Positions 20,803 to 31,000 are shown, numbered from the stretch's first letter. The stretch: 64,000 nucleotides of DNA from Ignavibacteriaceae bacterium (GCA_031292435.1 JARLHD010000054.1:560-64559); one strand, 5' to 3'. The notes: generated by a model from the sequence alone, not told the origin. Numbers and translations are program-made.

Positions 20803-21180
20803 TTATCTTTTGTCTTTGTATAGGTATAAAATCTCTATTAATAGATAAAAAACGTAAAAAAAGAAGATCACAAATATAAAGACGCTCGTTTTAATATCCA
20901 AGAATTTAAGTGAAATAAACACCAGAAGAAGTATCATAAATAGCCTTAATAACATGCCTCCAAAGACCATTATTAAGAATATATTAGCAGATTTATTGTT
21001 AGAGAATTTTAAGAAAAGATAACCGGATATAAAATTTAAATAGGTTATTACTCCGGCTATAGTAAAAGATTTAAGAAAATCGAATGTAATGATATTTATT
21101 TGATACAATAACAAAATACTCGCAAAAATAAGTCCTATAAAAAGACTTATTTTTAGCAGGAAATTGTTGCTAAGTTTCAT
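20803..21180 (-). CDS. Small polytopic membrane protein in the AtpI position of the atp operon
   Basis: 125 aa, about 4 hydrophobic segments. Overlaps the upstream atpZ-like stop. No diagnostic motif. Confidence 0.4.
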   Translation of the reverse strand: MKLSNNFLLKISLFIGLIFASILLLYQINIITFDFLKSFTIAGVITYLNFISGYLFLKFSNNKSANIFLIMVFGGMLLRLFMILLLVFISLKFLDIKTSVFIFVIFFFYVFYLLIEILYLYKDKR

Positions 21181-21425
21181 TTATCCGATTTTTTATTCAA
21201 ACCAATAACGGTTTTAATAAAGTTATATAGTCCTACCCCTACACCCAAAAAAGAAAAAATTAGCGTAAATATCGGATCTTTTCCCGTTTTCTTATCCAGC
21301 CAAATTCCGATATAAACTAACAGACCTACCGTGGCAGCTAGTTGAAATCCCATCCCTATATAAGGTCCTACTTCCTTATATATTCCTGAGGTATTTTTTA
21401 GGTCATTATCATCATGTTTATTCAT
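21177..21425 (-). CDS. AtpZ/AtpI-family small membrane protein
   Basis: 82 aa. 'Y.G.GFQLAA.V.....IG.WLD' followed by a second TM helix, typical of AtpZ-type proteins that precede F0 genes. Confidence 0.65.
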   Translation of the reverse strand: MNKHDDNDLKNTSGIYKEVGPYIGMGFQLAATVGLLVYIGIWLDKKTGKDPIFTLIFSFLGVGVGLYNFIKTVIGLNKKSDK

Positions 21426-21807
21426 TTTTAGATTCGAATGGTAATTGAGGAGGCATCTGTTCTCCTGAATTCATCGAACTTTTTCCATCAAAAACTGCTC
21501 CGGCATCAATAACTAAAATTTTCGTTAAAAGATCACCTTTTAAATAAGATTTGGCTTCTAACGTAAGCTTTTCCTTTGCTGTTACACTTCCAATAACTTT
21601 TCCCCCCACAGTAACTACTTCCCCATCTATTTCACCGTTTATTTCTCCATTTTCACCAACTGAGATGTTTCCCTCCGCTACAACGTTCCCGTTAACTGTC
21701 CCATCAATCCGGATATTTCCGTTACTGCTCATTTTGCCTTCAATTAAAACTCCGGCACTGATGATTGTAACTTCATCTTTCCCAATATTTGAATTTTTCA
21801 CTTTCAA
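21418..21807 (-). CDS. Bactofilin (polymer-forming cytoskeletal protein, DUF583)
   Basis: 129 aa. Repeating 'I.G.V.G.V..EG.I.VGE.G.I.G.I.G..V.V.G.V.G.V' beta-helix pattern. 8-nt overlap with the atpZ-like start. Confidence 0.85.
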   Translation of the reverse strand: MKVKNSNIGKDEVTIISAGVLIEGKMSSNGNIRIDGTVNGNVVAEGNISVGENGEINGEIDGEVVTVGGKVIGSVTAKEKLTLEAKSYLKGDLLTKILVIDAGAVFDGKSSMNSGEQMPPQLPFESKNE

Positions 21808-21816
21808 TTTTTACTC

Positions 21817-22665
21817 CTAATTTTTTAATAAAATTGTTATCGGATTTATTGGTACTCCATCTTTCCAGATTTCAAAATGAAGATGGGCTCCGGTTGTAAT
21901 TTCGCCGGTATTACCGCTTAAAGCAATCAATTCCCCCTGTATTACAATATCTCTTTCTTTTTTTAACAAAGATGAACAATGTTTATAAATACTAATATAA
22001 TTTCCAGGATGTGAAACAATTATCATGTTCCCATCCCTGACTGTGTAATTTGCAAAGATAACAAATCCATTTGCAGAAACATAGACCGGTGTTCCACTTT
22101 TTACTACAAAATCGACCCCCATATGTCCTCTTTCCGGATCAAAATTGCGGCTTATAAATCCACTCACTGGTCTTAAAAAACTAATACTTTCTTGCTGAAC
22201 TAGTCTAAATTTAACAAGAAGTTGCCTGAAAACAGAGAGAATATTTCCCCCCGTTTTGTTTTTTATTGTTTTAACAGGATCCACCATATGAAATATGGTC
22301 GAATCTGTAAGTCTGACAACCTTTTTTAATCTCTCATCACTGCTTCTTATCTCATTTAGTTCCTTACTTAATTTAATCATTCTATCGTTAAGTTCATTTA
22401 TAGTCTTTAAATCTGTACTGCTTATATTAGAACTTTTTACAAAAATTCCCCTTAAGGGAGTCAAATTTAGTGTTAGGAAACCTAAGATGGCTATTATTAT
22501 AGAGTAAATTAGGGCTATAATTGCAATTTCTCTAAAATAATACTGCCGTGTTTTAGTATTTAAATCGGATCTATCGGGAATAACTAATATAGATAATCTA
22601 TTGAGTTTAAATAATTTCTTAATATCAAATTTTTTAGGCTTCATACTTTGCCAAAAGTTCTTCAA
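21817..22665 (-). CDS. Membrane-anchored M23 (LytM-type) metallopeptidase
   Basis: N-terminal basic tail, one TM helix ('IAIIALIYSIIIAILGFLTL') and a coiled-coil segment. The M23 domain has intact 'GHMGVD' (HxxxD) and 'HLHFE' (HxH) motifs. Confidence 0.85.
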   Translation of the reverse strand: MKNFWQSMKPKKFDIKKLFKLNRLSILVIPDRSDLNTKTRQYYFREIAIIALIYSIIIAILGFLTLNLTPLRGIFVKSSNISSTDLKTINELNDRMIKLSKELNEIRSSDERLKKVVRLTDSTIFHMVDPVKTIKNKTGGNILSVFRQLLVKFRLVQQESISFLRPVSGFISRNFDPERGHMGVDFVVKSGTPVYVSANGFVIFANYTVRDGNMIIVSHPGNYISIYKHCSSLLKKERDIVIQGELIALSGNTGEITTGAHLHFEIWKDGVPINPITILLKN

Positions 22666-23266
22666 ATTTTATTTTTCCCTCCCTCACTATCTTAAGTTCA
22701 GAATCACAAAGGTCTATTATTGTTGAGGCATTATAATAAGATTTTTTATCTGTATAAAATACAGCGTCAACTTCTGATGCAAATGTATCTTTAATTAAAC
22801 TGGGTTCAGTCATTGGTGGTTTATTAATCTTGTTTACGCTTGTTGATATAAGGGGCATCTTTATTTCTGATAATAACTTCTGACAAAACCTGTTATTTGG
22901 AATTCTAAAAGCTACCGTATCCCTTTTTAATATATTTTTAGTTTTACTGTTCAGGTTCAATATTACTGAAACCGGGTTTGGCCAGATTGAAATTAAGAAA
23001 TCCATATTTTTTTCGGATTTCAACTCTACATATTTTAATAGATTATCAATATCATCGATCAGGAGAATATACCATTTGCCTGACAATCTTTCTTTAATTT
23101 CATCTATTCTGTTTACTGATTCTTCATTAAAAGGATTTGCTCCAAAACCATATACCGTATCTGTTGGATATATGAAAATTCCGCCTTCAAAATAAATTTT
23201 ACATGCCTGCTTCACAGCACTATCAAAGTCCGTGTCAATATTAATCATTTTACCTGACTCAACCAT
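22634..23266 (-). CDS. tsaC: L-threonylcarbamoyladenylate synthase (YrdC/TsaC type)
   Basis: 'GGIFIYPTDTVYGFGANP' YrdC-domain signature. About 205 aa, with no Sua5 C-domain. Confidence 0.8.
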   Translation of the reverse strand: MVESGKMINIDTDFDSAVKQACKIYFEGGIFIYPTDTVYGFGANPFNEESVNRIDEIKERLSGKWYILLIDDIDNLLKYVELKSEKNMDFLISIWPNPVSVILNLNSKTKNILKRDTVAFRIPNNRFCQKLLSEIKMPLISTSVNKINKPPMTEPSLIKDTFASEVDAVFYTDKKSYYNASTIIDLCDSELKIVREGKIKFEELLAKYEA

Positions 23267-24302
23267 TCATCATTTCCTTTATTTCTGATATTACTGACTC
23301 CACTTTAAGCTTATACCCGCATTGAAAATGTTTCAGGGGACACCTGGCATATCCATGTATTCCGCAGGGTTTGCACTTTAATTCCGCATAACTTAACCAT
23401 CGGCTTTTTTCATTATAAGGATAAAATCCAAAGTCCGGTACAGTAGAACAGTAAAGTGTTAATACCGGAATATCTGCACATACCCCAAAATGAGTTGGCG
23501 CACTATCATTGCTTATTAATATCTTGGCCCGTTTTAACAAAGCTAATGATTCTGCTATTGTCAGCTTGCCTGCCGATGAAATAAGGTTCCCTGCAAACTT
23601 TTCTTCAAGTGATTTTCCTATCTCTTCCTCTTCCCCGCTACCAATTATGATCACCTTGAGAGCCTGATCAATAAAATATTTTATCACCTCTTCATAATAT
23701 TCCAAAGGATATCTTTTTGTATTCCATATACTGCCGGGAGCTATAACAGCAAAATAATTGTTAATATTATTCCTTTCCAAAAAGACCTTAACTGCACTGT
23801 CTGACTCCTTCGGAATATCTACTTCAGGTAGAACCTTCCATCCTGAGCCGGAATATTCATAACCTATAAGTTCCAGATTCCTCTGAACTTCGTGATGATT
23901 TGGAATATACTCTGTTAAATTTTTGTATACATGAAACATAGAAGCATTTGAAAATCCATATGTTTCTTTAACTCCGCTTTGTAAAACTAATAAGGAAGTT
24001 CTGAATGATCTGTGAGGAGAATAAATTTTATTATATCCTTTGGACCTTATTAGCTTTATAAATTTAAATAAACTGAAAAATGATTTATGTTCACCTTTTT
24101 TATCCATCACTATTATTTCATTAATATATGATGATAGTTCGAATATTTCCTTTGATGCATGGATGCAAAGTACATCAATACTAGAGTTGTCGTTCATCTC
24201 TTTCAGCTTCTGAATCATAGGCAGGGTTAATACTGCATCCCCCAGAAAGGCTGTCTGTATTACTAATATCTTTCCTCCGTCCTTCTCTTTTAATATTTCC
24301 AT
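23259..24302 (-). CDS. Glycosyltransferase family 9 (LPS heptosyltransferase-like)
   Basis: 'ILVIQTAFLGDAVLTLPMIQKLKE' N-terminus and 'ISNDSAPTHFG' C-terminal motif, both typical of RfaF/RfaC-like GT9 enzymes. Confidence 0.8.
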   Translation of the reverse strand: MEILKEKDGGKILVIQTAFLGDAVLTLPMIQKLKEMNDNSSIDVLCIHASKEIFELSSYINEIIVMDKKGEHKSFFSLFKFIKLIRSKGYNKIYSPHRSFRTSLLVLQSGVKETYGFSNASMFHVYKNLTEYIPNHHEVQRNLELIGYEYSGSGWKVLPEVDIPKESDSAVKVFLERNNINNYFAVIAPGSIWNTKRYPLEYYEEVIKYFIDQALKVIIIGSGEEEEIGKSLEEKFAGNLISSAGKLTIAESLALLKRAKILISNDSAPTHFGVCADIPVLTLYCSTVPDFGFYPYNEKSRWLSYAELKCKPCGIHGYARCPLKHFQCGYKLKVESVISEIKEMMNG

Positions 24303-25159
24303 CTTTTATGCATCCAGAACCATTGTTCAGGAAATTTCCTTATATATTTTTCTAATACAGCGGCATGTCTTTGACTTAGTTCTGCAATTTTCAGCTCCTC
24401 TTCCTCCGGCAGATCCTCTATATTGATAAATTCAATTTCAGCTTTATAACTGAAATCCGGTTGTCTTATAGTTACCCCGAACATAATAGGGGCCCCCGTT
24501 TTCATTGCAAGCAAAGCTGGACCTGCAAATACCGATGCCTTTCTTCCCATAAAATCGATCCTGATTCCGTCTGAAGGTCCCCTCTGATCAGCTACCATTG
24601 CAACAATTCTTTTCTCTTTCAATTCCTTGTAAACCTGCCGTATTGAGATTCCAAGAGGTACAATTTTATTTCCCCATTTAACTCTCATTGCATCAAGCCA
24701 TTTTGTTACAAATGTATTCCTTTGCGATTTTACAATAACAGTTATTGGTATTTCTAAATGAAGCGCTACTGTAAGCGCAATATATTCCCAGTTCCCATAA
24801 TGTGCTCCAAGAAAAATCAGTCCATTTCCTTCATTATACCTTCTCTTTATTAAGGGAATTTCAGAATAGGTAACTGATGATTTTAGTTCTTCCCTGGAAA
24901 TACTGGGAAGGTATAAAATTTCAACAAGTGTAATACAGAAACTTCTATAACTTCCAAAGGCGATTTTATTTATACTGGATTTACTGAAATCAGGAAATGC
25001 CCTTCTTAAATTTTCTTTTACAGTACTTTTTCTGATTGGAACAATATAATAAAAGAAAGCAGCAAGCAGGTATGCTAATCTGCGTGATAGTTTTAACCCT
25101 ATAATCCGGACGAAACGGCTTAAGCCAATAAAAAGGATATATTCTATTCTATCTTGCAT
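24290..25159 (-). CDS. Lipid A biosynthesis (Kdo)-lipid IVA acyltransferase family protein (LpxL/HtrB-like)
   Basis: N-terminal membrane anchor. 'LGAHYGNWE' (HX4-type acyltransferase motif), 'MVADQ', and C-terminal 'PEQWFWMHKRWK'. Confidence 0.8.
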   Translation of the reverse strand: MQDRIEYILFIGLSRFVRIIGLKLSRRLAYLLAAFFYYIVPIRKSTVKENLRRAFPDFSKSSINKIAFGSYRSFCITLVEILYLPSISREELKSSVTYSEIPLIKRRYNEGNGLIFLGAHYGNWEYIALTVALHLEIPITVIVKSQRNTFVTKWLDAMRVKWGNKIVPLGISIRQVYKELKEKRIVAMVADQRGPSDGIRIDFMGRKASVFAGPALLAMKTGAPIMFGVTIRQPDFSYKAEIEFINIEDLPEEEELKIAELSQRHAAVLEKYIRKFPEQWFWMHKRWKY

Positions 25160-25290
25160 TAAATAAAGGATTTAGTTAGAAAAGTAAAATTACATATAGC
25201 TGGGATAAAATAATATAGCAGAAACCGCTTCTCTGACTATACTTTATATAACTGTTATAGTATTGTTATAGAGTTATCATAGTACGGTTA

Positions 25291-25324
25291 TATCATATAA
25301 AATCATATGATATCATATAAAATC
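25291..25324. repeat. Two 14-bp direct repeats (TATCATATAAAATC) with a 20-bp period, bridged by the palindrome ATCATATGAT
   Basis: Read directly: copies at 25291-25304 and 25311-25324, palindrome at 25302-25311. TGTTATAG also occurs twice just upstream (25253, 25264). Confidence 0.9.
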
Positions 25325-25372
25325 GTAGGGGGAATTATTTGTTTTAAGGTAAGATTTAAACTCTGTTACAAC

Positions 25373-25401
25373 TTGCAAAGTTAGACAAATATAACTATAA
25401 T
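25373..25401 (+). promoter_or_regulatory. Sigma70-like promoter TTGCAA-17-TATAAT
   Basis: -35 at 25373-25378, 17-nt spacer, perfect -10 at 25396-25401. It points toward the 3' end of the GWxTD gene, so any product would be antisense or non-coding. Confidence 0.45.
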
Positions 25402-25406
25402 GTCAA
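25378..25406 (-). promoter_or_regulatory. Sigma70-like promoter TTGACA-17-TAACTT, candidate promoter of the lpxL-like/GT9/... minus-strand run
   Basis: The reverse complement of 25401-25406 is TTGACA. After a 17-nt spacer, the reverse complement of 25378-25383 is TAACTT. It fully interdigitates with the plus-strand promoter above. Confidence 0.45.
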
Positions 25407-25467
25407 GAGAATTATTTGCCCCCCCCATTTAATTAATTCAATTAGGCATTTTTAGCTTCCCTGATAA

Positions 25468-26841
25468 CTATAATTGCGTAATTCTATCCTGCCAGTTGTC
25501 ATCCCTTAACTCACCTCGCATAGTAGAATGTATTAACATGTAGTCAGAAAATCCGGATAGGTCCGCAAAAACAAAAATCACACCCCCCTCTATATCATTG
25601 TAATGCCAAATCTCATATGGTTTCGTATCCATTTGATTAGGAAATCTTTCAATTTCACTGGGTTCACCATATAAAATGTAGACTCTTCCCCTATCGGTTT
25701 TCCAGCCAATTTTACTCATCGTACCAAAACGTTTATTGCTTTCATCTATTCTGGTCAAATATTCTCTTAAAGTTTCATTTTCTGGGGTTGAAGGATCTGA
25801 ATCTCTCTTTTTCCAGAATTCATACAAAAATTGCCGTTTACTGTCAATTCCCTTTAATGTAGCAAAACTTTTTATTTCCAGAGGAACAGCTTTGTATCTC
25901 GATTTAACCCAAATGTCATCAAGTTCTTCTTCAGACATTGCTCCAAATTCACTGCTTAATGAACTGGTATTGCTTTTCAATGTTGTATCCTTGGCAGCAA
26001 TTACATCCGGATTATAAACAAAAAATTTCTTAGAAGAAGATACTCCATAATTTCCAACACTATCTATAACTGATAAAACTAATGTATACGCGTCAGTAGG
26101 ATATTTATTTATCACAACTGATCCAATCTCAACTTTAGATTTTAACCCTGAAGGGAATGTCCTGACTTTCCTGGATAGAAGTTGATTCTTGCTATTATAA
26201 ACAATTTCAAATACTTTCAGATTATGATCTTTAGCTAGCTTATTCAGATTATATATTTCCGAATAATAGAACACGACTGGTCTGTTAGCCCCAAAAACTA
26301 TAGTTGGTGCCGGTATTACTTCCAGGCTATTCTTATAAAACATAGAAGTCTGATTAGGAGAATCCTGAATTATATTTGAAGCTAATTGAATATCACTAAT
26401 AGATATAGTTGAATCATAATAATGATGAACTTTCAGATTCTCAGTAGAAAATTTCTCGTTTGCTTTCTGATTATTTCCACCACCTACGATGAATTTATAA
26501 TTTCCGTCCGGAATTTTCATACCGATAACACCTACAAGATCCTTATTGGTTTGATCCGAATCATTAGTGGGGTGGTCAATCTTCCATTCTTTATTGAGTA
26601 GAACCTTTCCTGAACTCGAATCAGCAAGGTTTATATCTAAAATGCCTTCAAGATATTTCTTATTATCCTTTAAGTCCGGGGTTAATCTACTCTGGTTAAA
26701 TGAGTAATATATTTCAAGGTAGTTTGAAACCGAGTCATATCCGAACTGGGCATAATCAAATTCAAATATTGAATGATTGGACTGCGGTAAAGCATGGTAG
26801 TAAGAAAAAGAAAGGAAAAGCACGATGAGGAAAGGTTTCAT
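25468..26841 (-). CDS. GWxTD-domain protein (secreted)
   Basis: Signal peptide 'MKPFLIVLFLSFSYYHALPQ'. C-terminal 'KIGWKTDRGRVYILYGEP..IE' contains the GWxTD signature. Confidence 0.8.
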   Translation of the reverse strand: MKPFLIVLFLSFSYYHALPQSNHSIFEFDYAQFGYDSVSNYLEIYYSFNQSRLTPDLKDNKKYLEGILDINLADSSSGKVLLNKEWKIDHPTNDSDQTNKDLVGVIGMKIPDGNYKFIVGGGNNQKANEKFSTENLKVHHYYDSTISISDIQLASNIIQDSPNQTSMFYKNSLEVIPAPTIVFGANRPVVFYYSEIYNLNKLAKDHNLKVFEIVYNSKNQLLSRKVRTFPSGLKSKVEIGSVVINKYPTDAYTLVLSVIDSVGNYGVSSSKKFFVYNPDVIAAKDTTLKSNTSSLSSEFGAMSEEELDDIWVKSRYKAVPLEIKSFATLKGIDSKRQFLYEFWKKRDSDPSTPENETLREYLTRIDESNKRFGTMSKIGWKTDRGRVYILYGEPSEIERFPNQMDTKPYEIWHYNDIEGGVIFVFADLSGFSDYMLIHSTMRGELRDDNWQDRITQL

Positions 26842-26862
26842 AACAAATTATCTATTTAAATA

Positions 26863-26894
26863 TTAAAAAAGGCGTCTAAATATTTAGACGCCTT
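26863..26894 (-). terminator. Strong intrinsic terminator after the PorV-like gene
   Basis: Perfect palindrome AAGGCGTCTAAATATTTAGACGCCTT (26869-26894). On the minus strand it is followed by a T-run (T6 from the A-run at 26865-26870, the first two T lying within the palindrome). Confidence 0.85.
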
Positions 26895-26912
26895 AAATGG
26901 AATCTAACAATT

Positions 26913-27941
26913 TTAATCCAAACTAAGCTTTATTGTGAACGTATGATTTGGATTTGGGAATTCTCTGACCTGCTGGAAAGAATAATCGAGAACGAAATTC
27001 ATTCCATCAGCGAAACCATAGTTAACACCGGCTCCGAAAGTATATCCATAGTTATCATTAGCAATAGGGCCTGATGTATTTTGAATTCCGGAACAATATC
27101 CTCCGCGAAGGAAAAACATATTCTTAAATCCGTATTCTAACCCTAATCTAATTTCGTCATCAGTAACATTGTTATTCCTGAAGGCAGCACCAACGGTCAA
27201 TTTATTGTCCTCGCTAATACTATAATCGTAAGCAGTGCTTAATTCAAAATAACTGGGTAGCTGAAATTCTTCAGTGGGAACATTATAATTTGCCGTCGGG
27301 GAACCTAAGTTTCCTCCTGCAAGAGCATTTGAAGTCTGAAGACTGTTTCCACTAAATGACATATTAGTACCAATATTTTTAACAGCTGCACCAATAGATA
27401 AATTACTTGGGAACCTGTACTGAACTCCAAAATCAACAGCAAAACCCGTTGCGGATACATCAGTAATAGTTTCGTTAATTACTTTGGCATTAACACCAAC
27501 ACTTACTCTGTCTGTTATTACTTTTGCATAAGTAACGCCGGCAACAATGTATCCGGGAGAATAGGTGGCACCAGTTCCATCCGGAACATCAACAGTTGTA
27601 ACAGGAATATTGCCAAAGTTTAAAGTCTTAACGGATAAAGCAAGTGAACCAAAATCGCCAAGATTACTTCCGATGGCAAAATAGTTAATCTTGATGTCGG
27701 CCAGATATGTAGTAAAACTAAACATAGCTTCCGTTCCTTTACCCTGGCTTAATCCTGCAGGATTATAATAAATAGCTTCCAAACCAGTTACTGAGGATAG
27801 GAAAGCACCTCCTGTCGCTATACTGCGGGCACCGACAGGAATTAATAGTTCGTCAGCACCGGTAGTACCTTTTCTCGCATCATCACCTGCATAGACTGAC
27901 ACCGACCACATAATCAGTATAAATGTAAAAAACTTTCTCAT
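26913..27941 (-). CDS. PorV/PorQ-family outer-membrane beta-barrel (T9SS-associated)
   Basis: Signal peptide, then 'GTTGADELLIPVGARSIATGGAFLS...EAIYYNPAGL', typical of the PorV/PorQ (UPF0164-like) family. 342 aa, ends '...FTIKLSLD'. Confidence 0.7.
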   Translation of the reverse strand: MRKFFTFILIMWSVSVYAGDDARKGTTGADELLIPVGARSIATGGAFLSSVTGLEAIYYNPAGLSQGKGTEAMFSFTTYLADIKINYFAIGSNLGDFGSLALSVKTLNFGNIPVTTVDVPDGTGATYSPGYIVAGVTYAKVITDRVSVGVNAKVINETITDVSATGFAVDFGVQYRFPSNLSIGAAVKNIGTNMSFSGNSLQTSNALAGGNLGSPTANYNVPTEEFQLPSYFELSTAYDYSISEDNKLTVGAAFRNNNVTDDEIRLGLEYGFKNMFFLRGGYCSGIQNTSGPIANDNYGYTFGAGVNYGFADGMNFVLDYSFQQVREFPNPNHTFTIKLSLD

Positions 27942-27972
27942 TTTTAAACTCCTAATTTTTTCACTTTATAAT

Positions 27973-27993
27973 GCGGCAGCTTTACGCTGCCGC
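27973..27993 (-). terminator. GC-rich hairpin between the 1191-aa cargo gene and the PorV-like gene
   Basis: GCGGCAGC (27973-27980) pairs with GCTGCCGC (27986-27993), 5-nt loop. There is no clear U-tract on the minus strand, so it could be a partial terminator or an RNA-processing/stability element. Confidence 0.4.
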
Positions 27994-28002
27994 GTATAAA
28001 AA

Positions 28003-31000
28003 TTAATAATTCTTAATCTGCTTTTGAGGCATAATAATTGCGAATTTCAGAACCTTGTCACCATATCCGGGACAAGATACAATCGCAAGATACATACCCG
28101 AAGCTGCTCTTAAACCTGATTCGTTCATTAAATTCCATACAAGGAATGGAGATGATGGAGACGATTTATCAGATGTATGCAATGTTCTTAACCGTGTCCC
28201 TGACAAGGTAAAGATATTAATGGTTACCTGTTCTGGTAAATTTGAGAAAGTTACCCAGGGCTCATCCGCGGGTTTTTGTGAATAACTAGTCTGGGGGTTA
28301 TATCCATAAAGCGGATTAGGAAATACTGTTATTTTATCGAATAATGATTTTGTCTCATTTCCCGATAAAACTCCGCCTGGTACTGTTGTAAATTGATATT
28401 CATCCAATGAAGTGTATGGATATGTTACAACCGGTATTTGAAAATGTTCACCCGGATTAAAGAAGGATGAAGCATTTTTTCTATCTAATGAAACAAGATA
28501 CATAGTATTAAACCAAGGAGATTTTGCTATAGCTTTCACACTATCACTATATCCTACAGCAGTAAGAGTATAGCCTTTAACTATATCAGCTTTACTAGCC
28601 GAAGTACCGGTATACTGAATTTGTGTTGTATCATAATACTGCGAATCAAAAATAAGGATGACTTCGCGTGATTTTATTGCGTTAGTTCCAGGATCCCATA
28701 TACCATCAGGATTACCACCGAAAATTGAAACAGGATTTGTTCTTCTTTCAATAAATCCTACAGCCAACTGCCTTGTTTCATTGTATGCAGAATCAACAAC
28801 CCATGCTGAAAAAGGTACTTTTACATAACCATTGGCATGCCCATTAAGGGCATCCCAATTACCGATAGGTCCTTTTCCAACCGTATCAGAGCCTGTAATT
28901 AAACCGGCATATATTGTTGTACCTCTCTGGGCTGTTAAATTGGCTCCAACATATCCGTTGATATACCTATAAGCATATGAACTATCACCGAAACGCAATT
29001 CAACTTTTCTCAATCTGTCGGCTCTTATTATTGTGGAACGATTACCACTGATACTATCAAAGCCTAAACCAACTTGAGATGATGACGGAGCCGGAACATC
29101 AAGACCAAGGTAAAATACACCTGTTCCTGCAGCTCCGAGCAATGAAGCGTACCATATTTTACTGGTATCAGTTATAGCTACACCATTTTTTGAAAGAACC
29201 GGAGAGCCGAATTCAGGTGTTAATGGAGCAATTCTTGGAATGAAACCTTCAGTAACTAATCCTGCAAAATTAGTTGTATCAGAATTATAAACAGTTGACG
29301 AATCATAAGGTTGTATAATCTTTCCGGTTTTAGTATTAGTTAATGTCCAATAAGGTGTATATGGACCGTTAAGAGGATTTGTATCTGAAAAGAAATCAAC
29401 TTTATAGGTATTACCTGTAAGGGCACTCTTATCAGCAATGATATATTTAACAAGACCACTGGAAGGTCCACTTGTTTTCTTTACAGGTTGTCCCATTATA
29501 TCAGGAGAATATTCGTCATTTCCCATAGTAACCGTAAAAAGTGAAGTTTCAAATTCTTCAACTGCATTTCCGGTAGGATCATAATAATCACCTGCGGGCC
29601 CGTAAGTATTTGTAGCTTTATTAACAATTGCCCAATTATTTACTGTATATTCAGTTATAGAGAAATAATACTCATGCCCTTTTATAAATGGATTACCGGT
29701 GGAAGGATCTACTGATAATCGGCATACAATACGACCAGTTGCCGGATCGGCAACAAGCAGGGAATCCATTTTATTTGCCGGGGGTGCCTGAGGCATCCTA
29801 AGGTCTATACCTCCATTCGCAACTTTATAAAAAATATTCTGTATAGAATCCTGTAAATCATACCGTGCAATAACCTGTGAGTTGGGTTGGTTATTTACAG
29901 CAGGTGATTGTGAAACACTATAAAACTGTGTTATAAAGAAACCATGGACATTCCTACTTATTTGGAATAAACTATCAGTTGCACTATATAAAATATTTTT
30001 AGATGTAGGCCAGCTGATGTCAATAAATCCATCCCCTGTTTTAGTAGAATAAGCGACAGGAGGAGGCGAAGGTAACGACGGAAAATTTGAATCAAATACT
30101 TTTTGAGCAGTAACATCATTCGTCTTTGCGACTGCAACACTATTTAATCCATTATTCCCTTGACCAACGACATAAGCAACGACAATTGAAACAGTATCAT
30201 TCTTGACAAGTTGAAAAGGACCTGTACTCGAAATCTGTCTTTGATCCTGAGCAGTTTTGTCTATCCATCCAATTTGAGTAACCGGGTCACCGGAATACAT
30301 AAAATAAGGATCGACATTTGCGCAATTAACTCCACCAAGAACGCTTCCCTGCGACCAAGTACAAGGATTTATTTGACTTCCTTTATTATCCTTTCCAAGT
30401 GTATAATCTCTTAATACAAACCTGTCAGTAGGGTCAATTCCGTTATAATATTGGAAAAAAGAAGAGAGACCCAGGTTTTTAGCACCGGGATATTTTCCAA
30501 GACCCATAATACGTCCACGAACATCTGTTGCAGTGTCTATAGGAGTATCAATTCCTTCATCATAAACGCCATTATTATTATTATCCGTAAAAGTTACTCC
30601 GGGGATATAAGAACGAGGTCCCTGGAAAAAATCTACCAAAAAGCAAGGAGCAGTCGCTCCCCATTTAGCAGATTCACTGGTCGGATGATATGTAAATCCT
30701 GCATTTAATAGAGTATCACTACCAACTAAATCCAATGCACCATTATCGCCGATATCAGGATCACATGCAACGCTGAAATATACTGAATCTAAAACATCAG
30801 CTACATGTCCGGTATTTACAATTTTATACCTGATAAAAATACTATTACCAATAGTAGCTTTTGAATTAAAAGCAAAAACTGTTTGTCTAATTTCTATACC
30901 CTGAGGATTAACATCATTAAATCCACTTAATCTAAGAGAAGGCGGCTCCTGATCTGAATAAACACACCATGTAGTTACATCTCCAAGAATATCAGGACGG

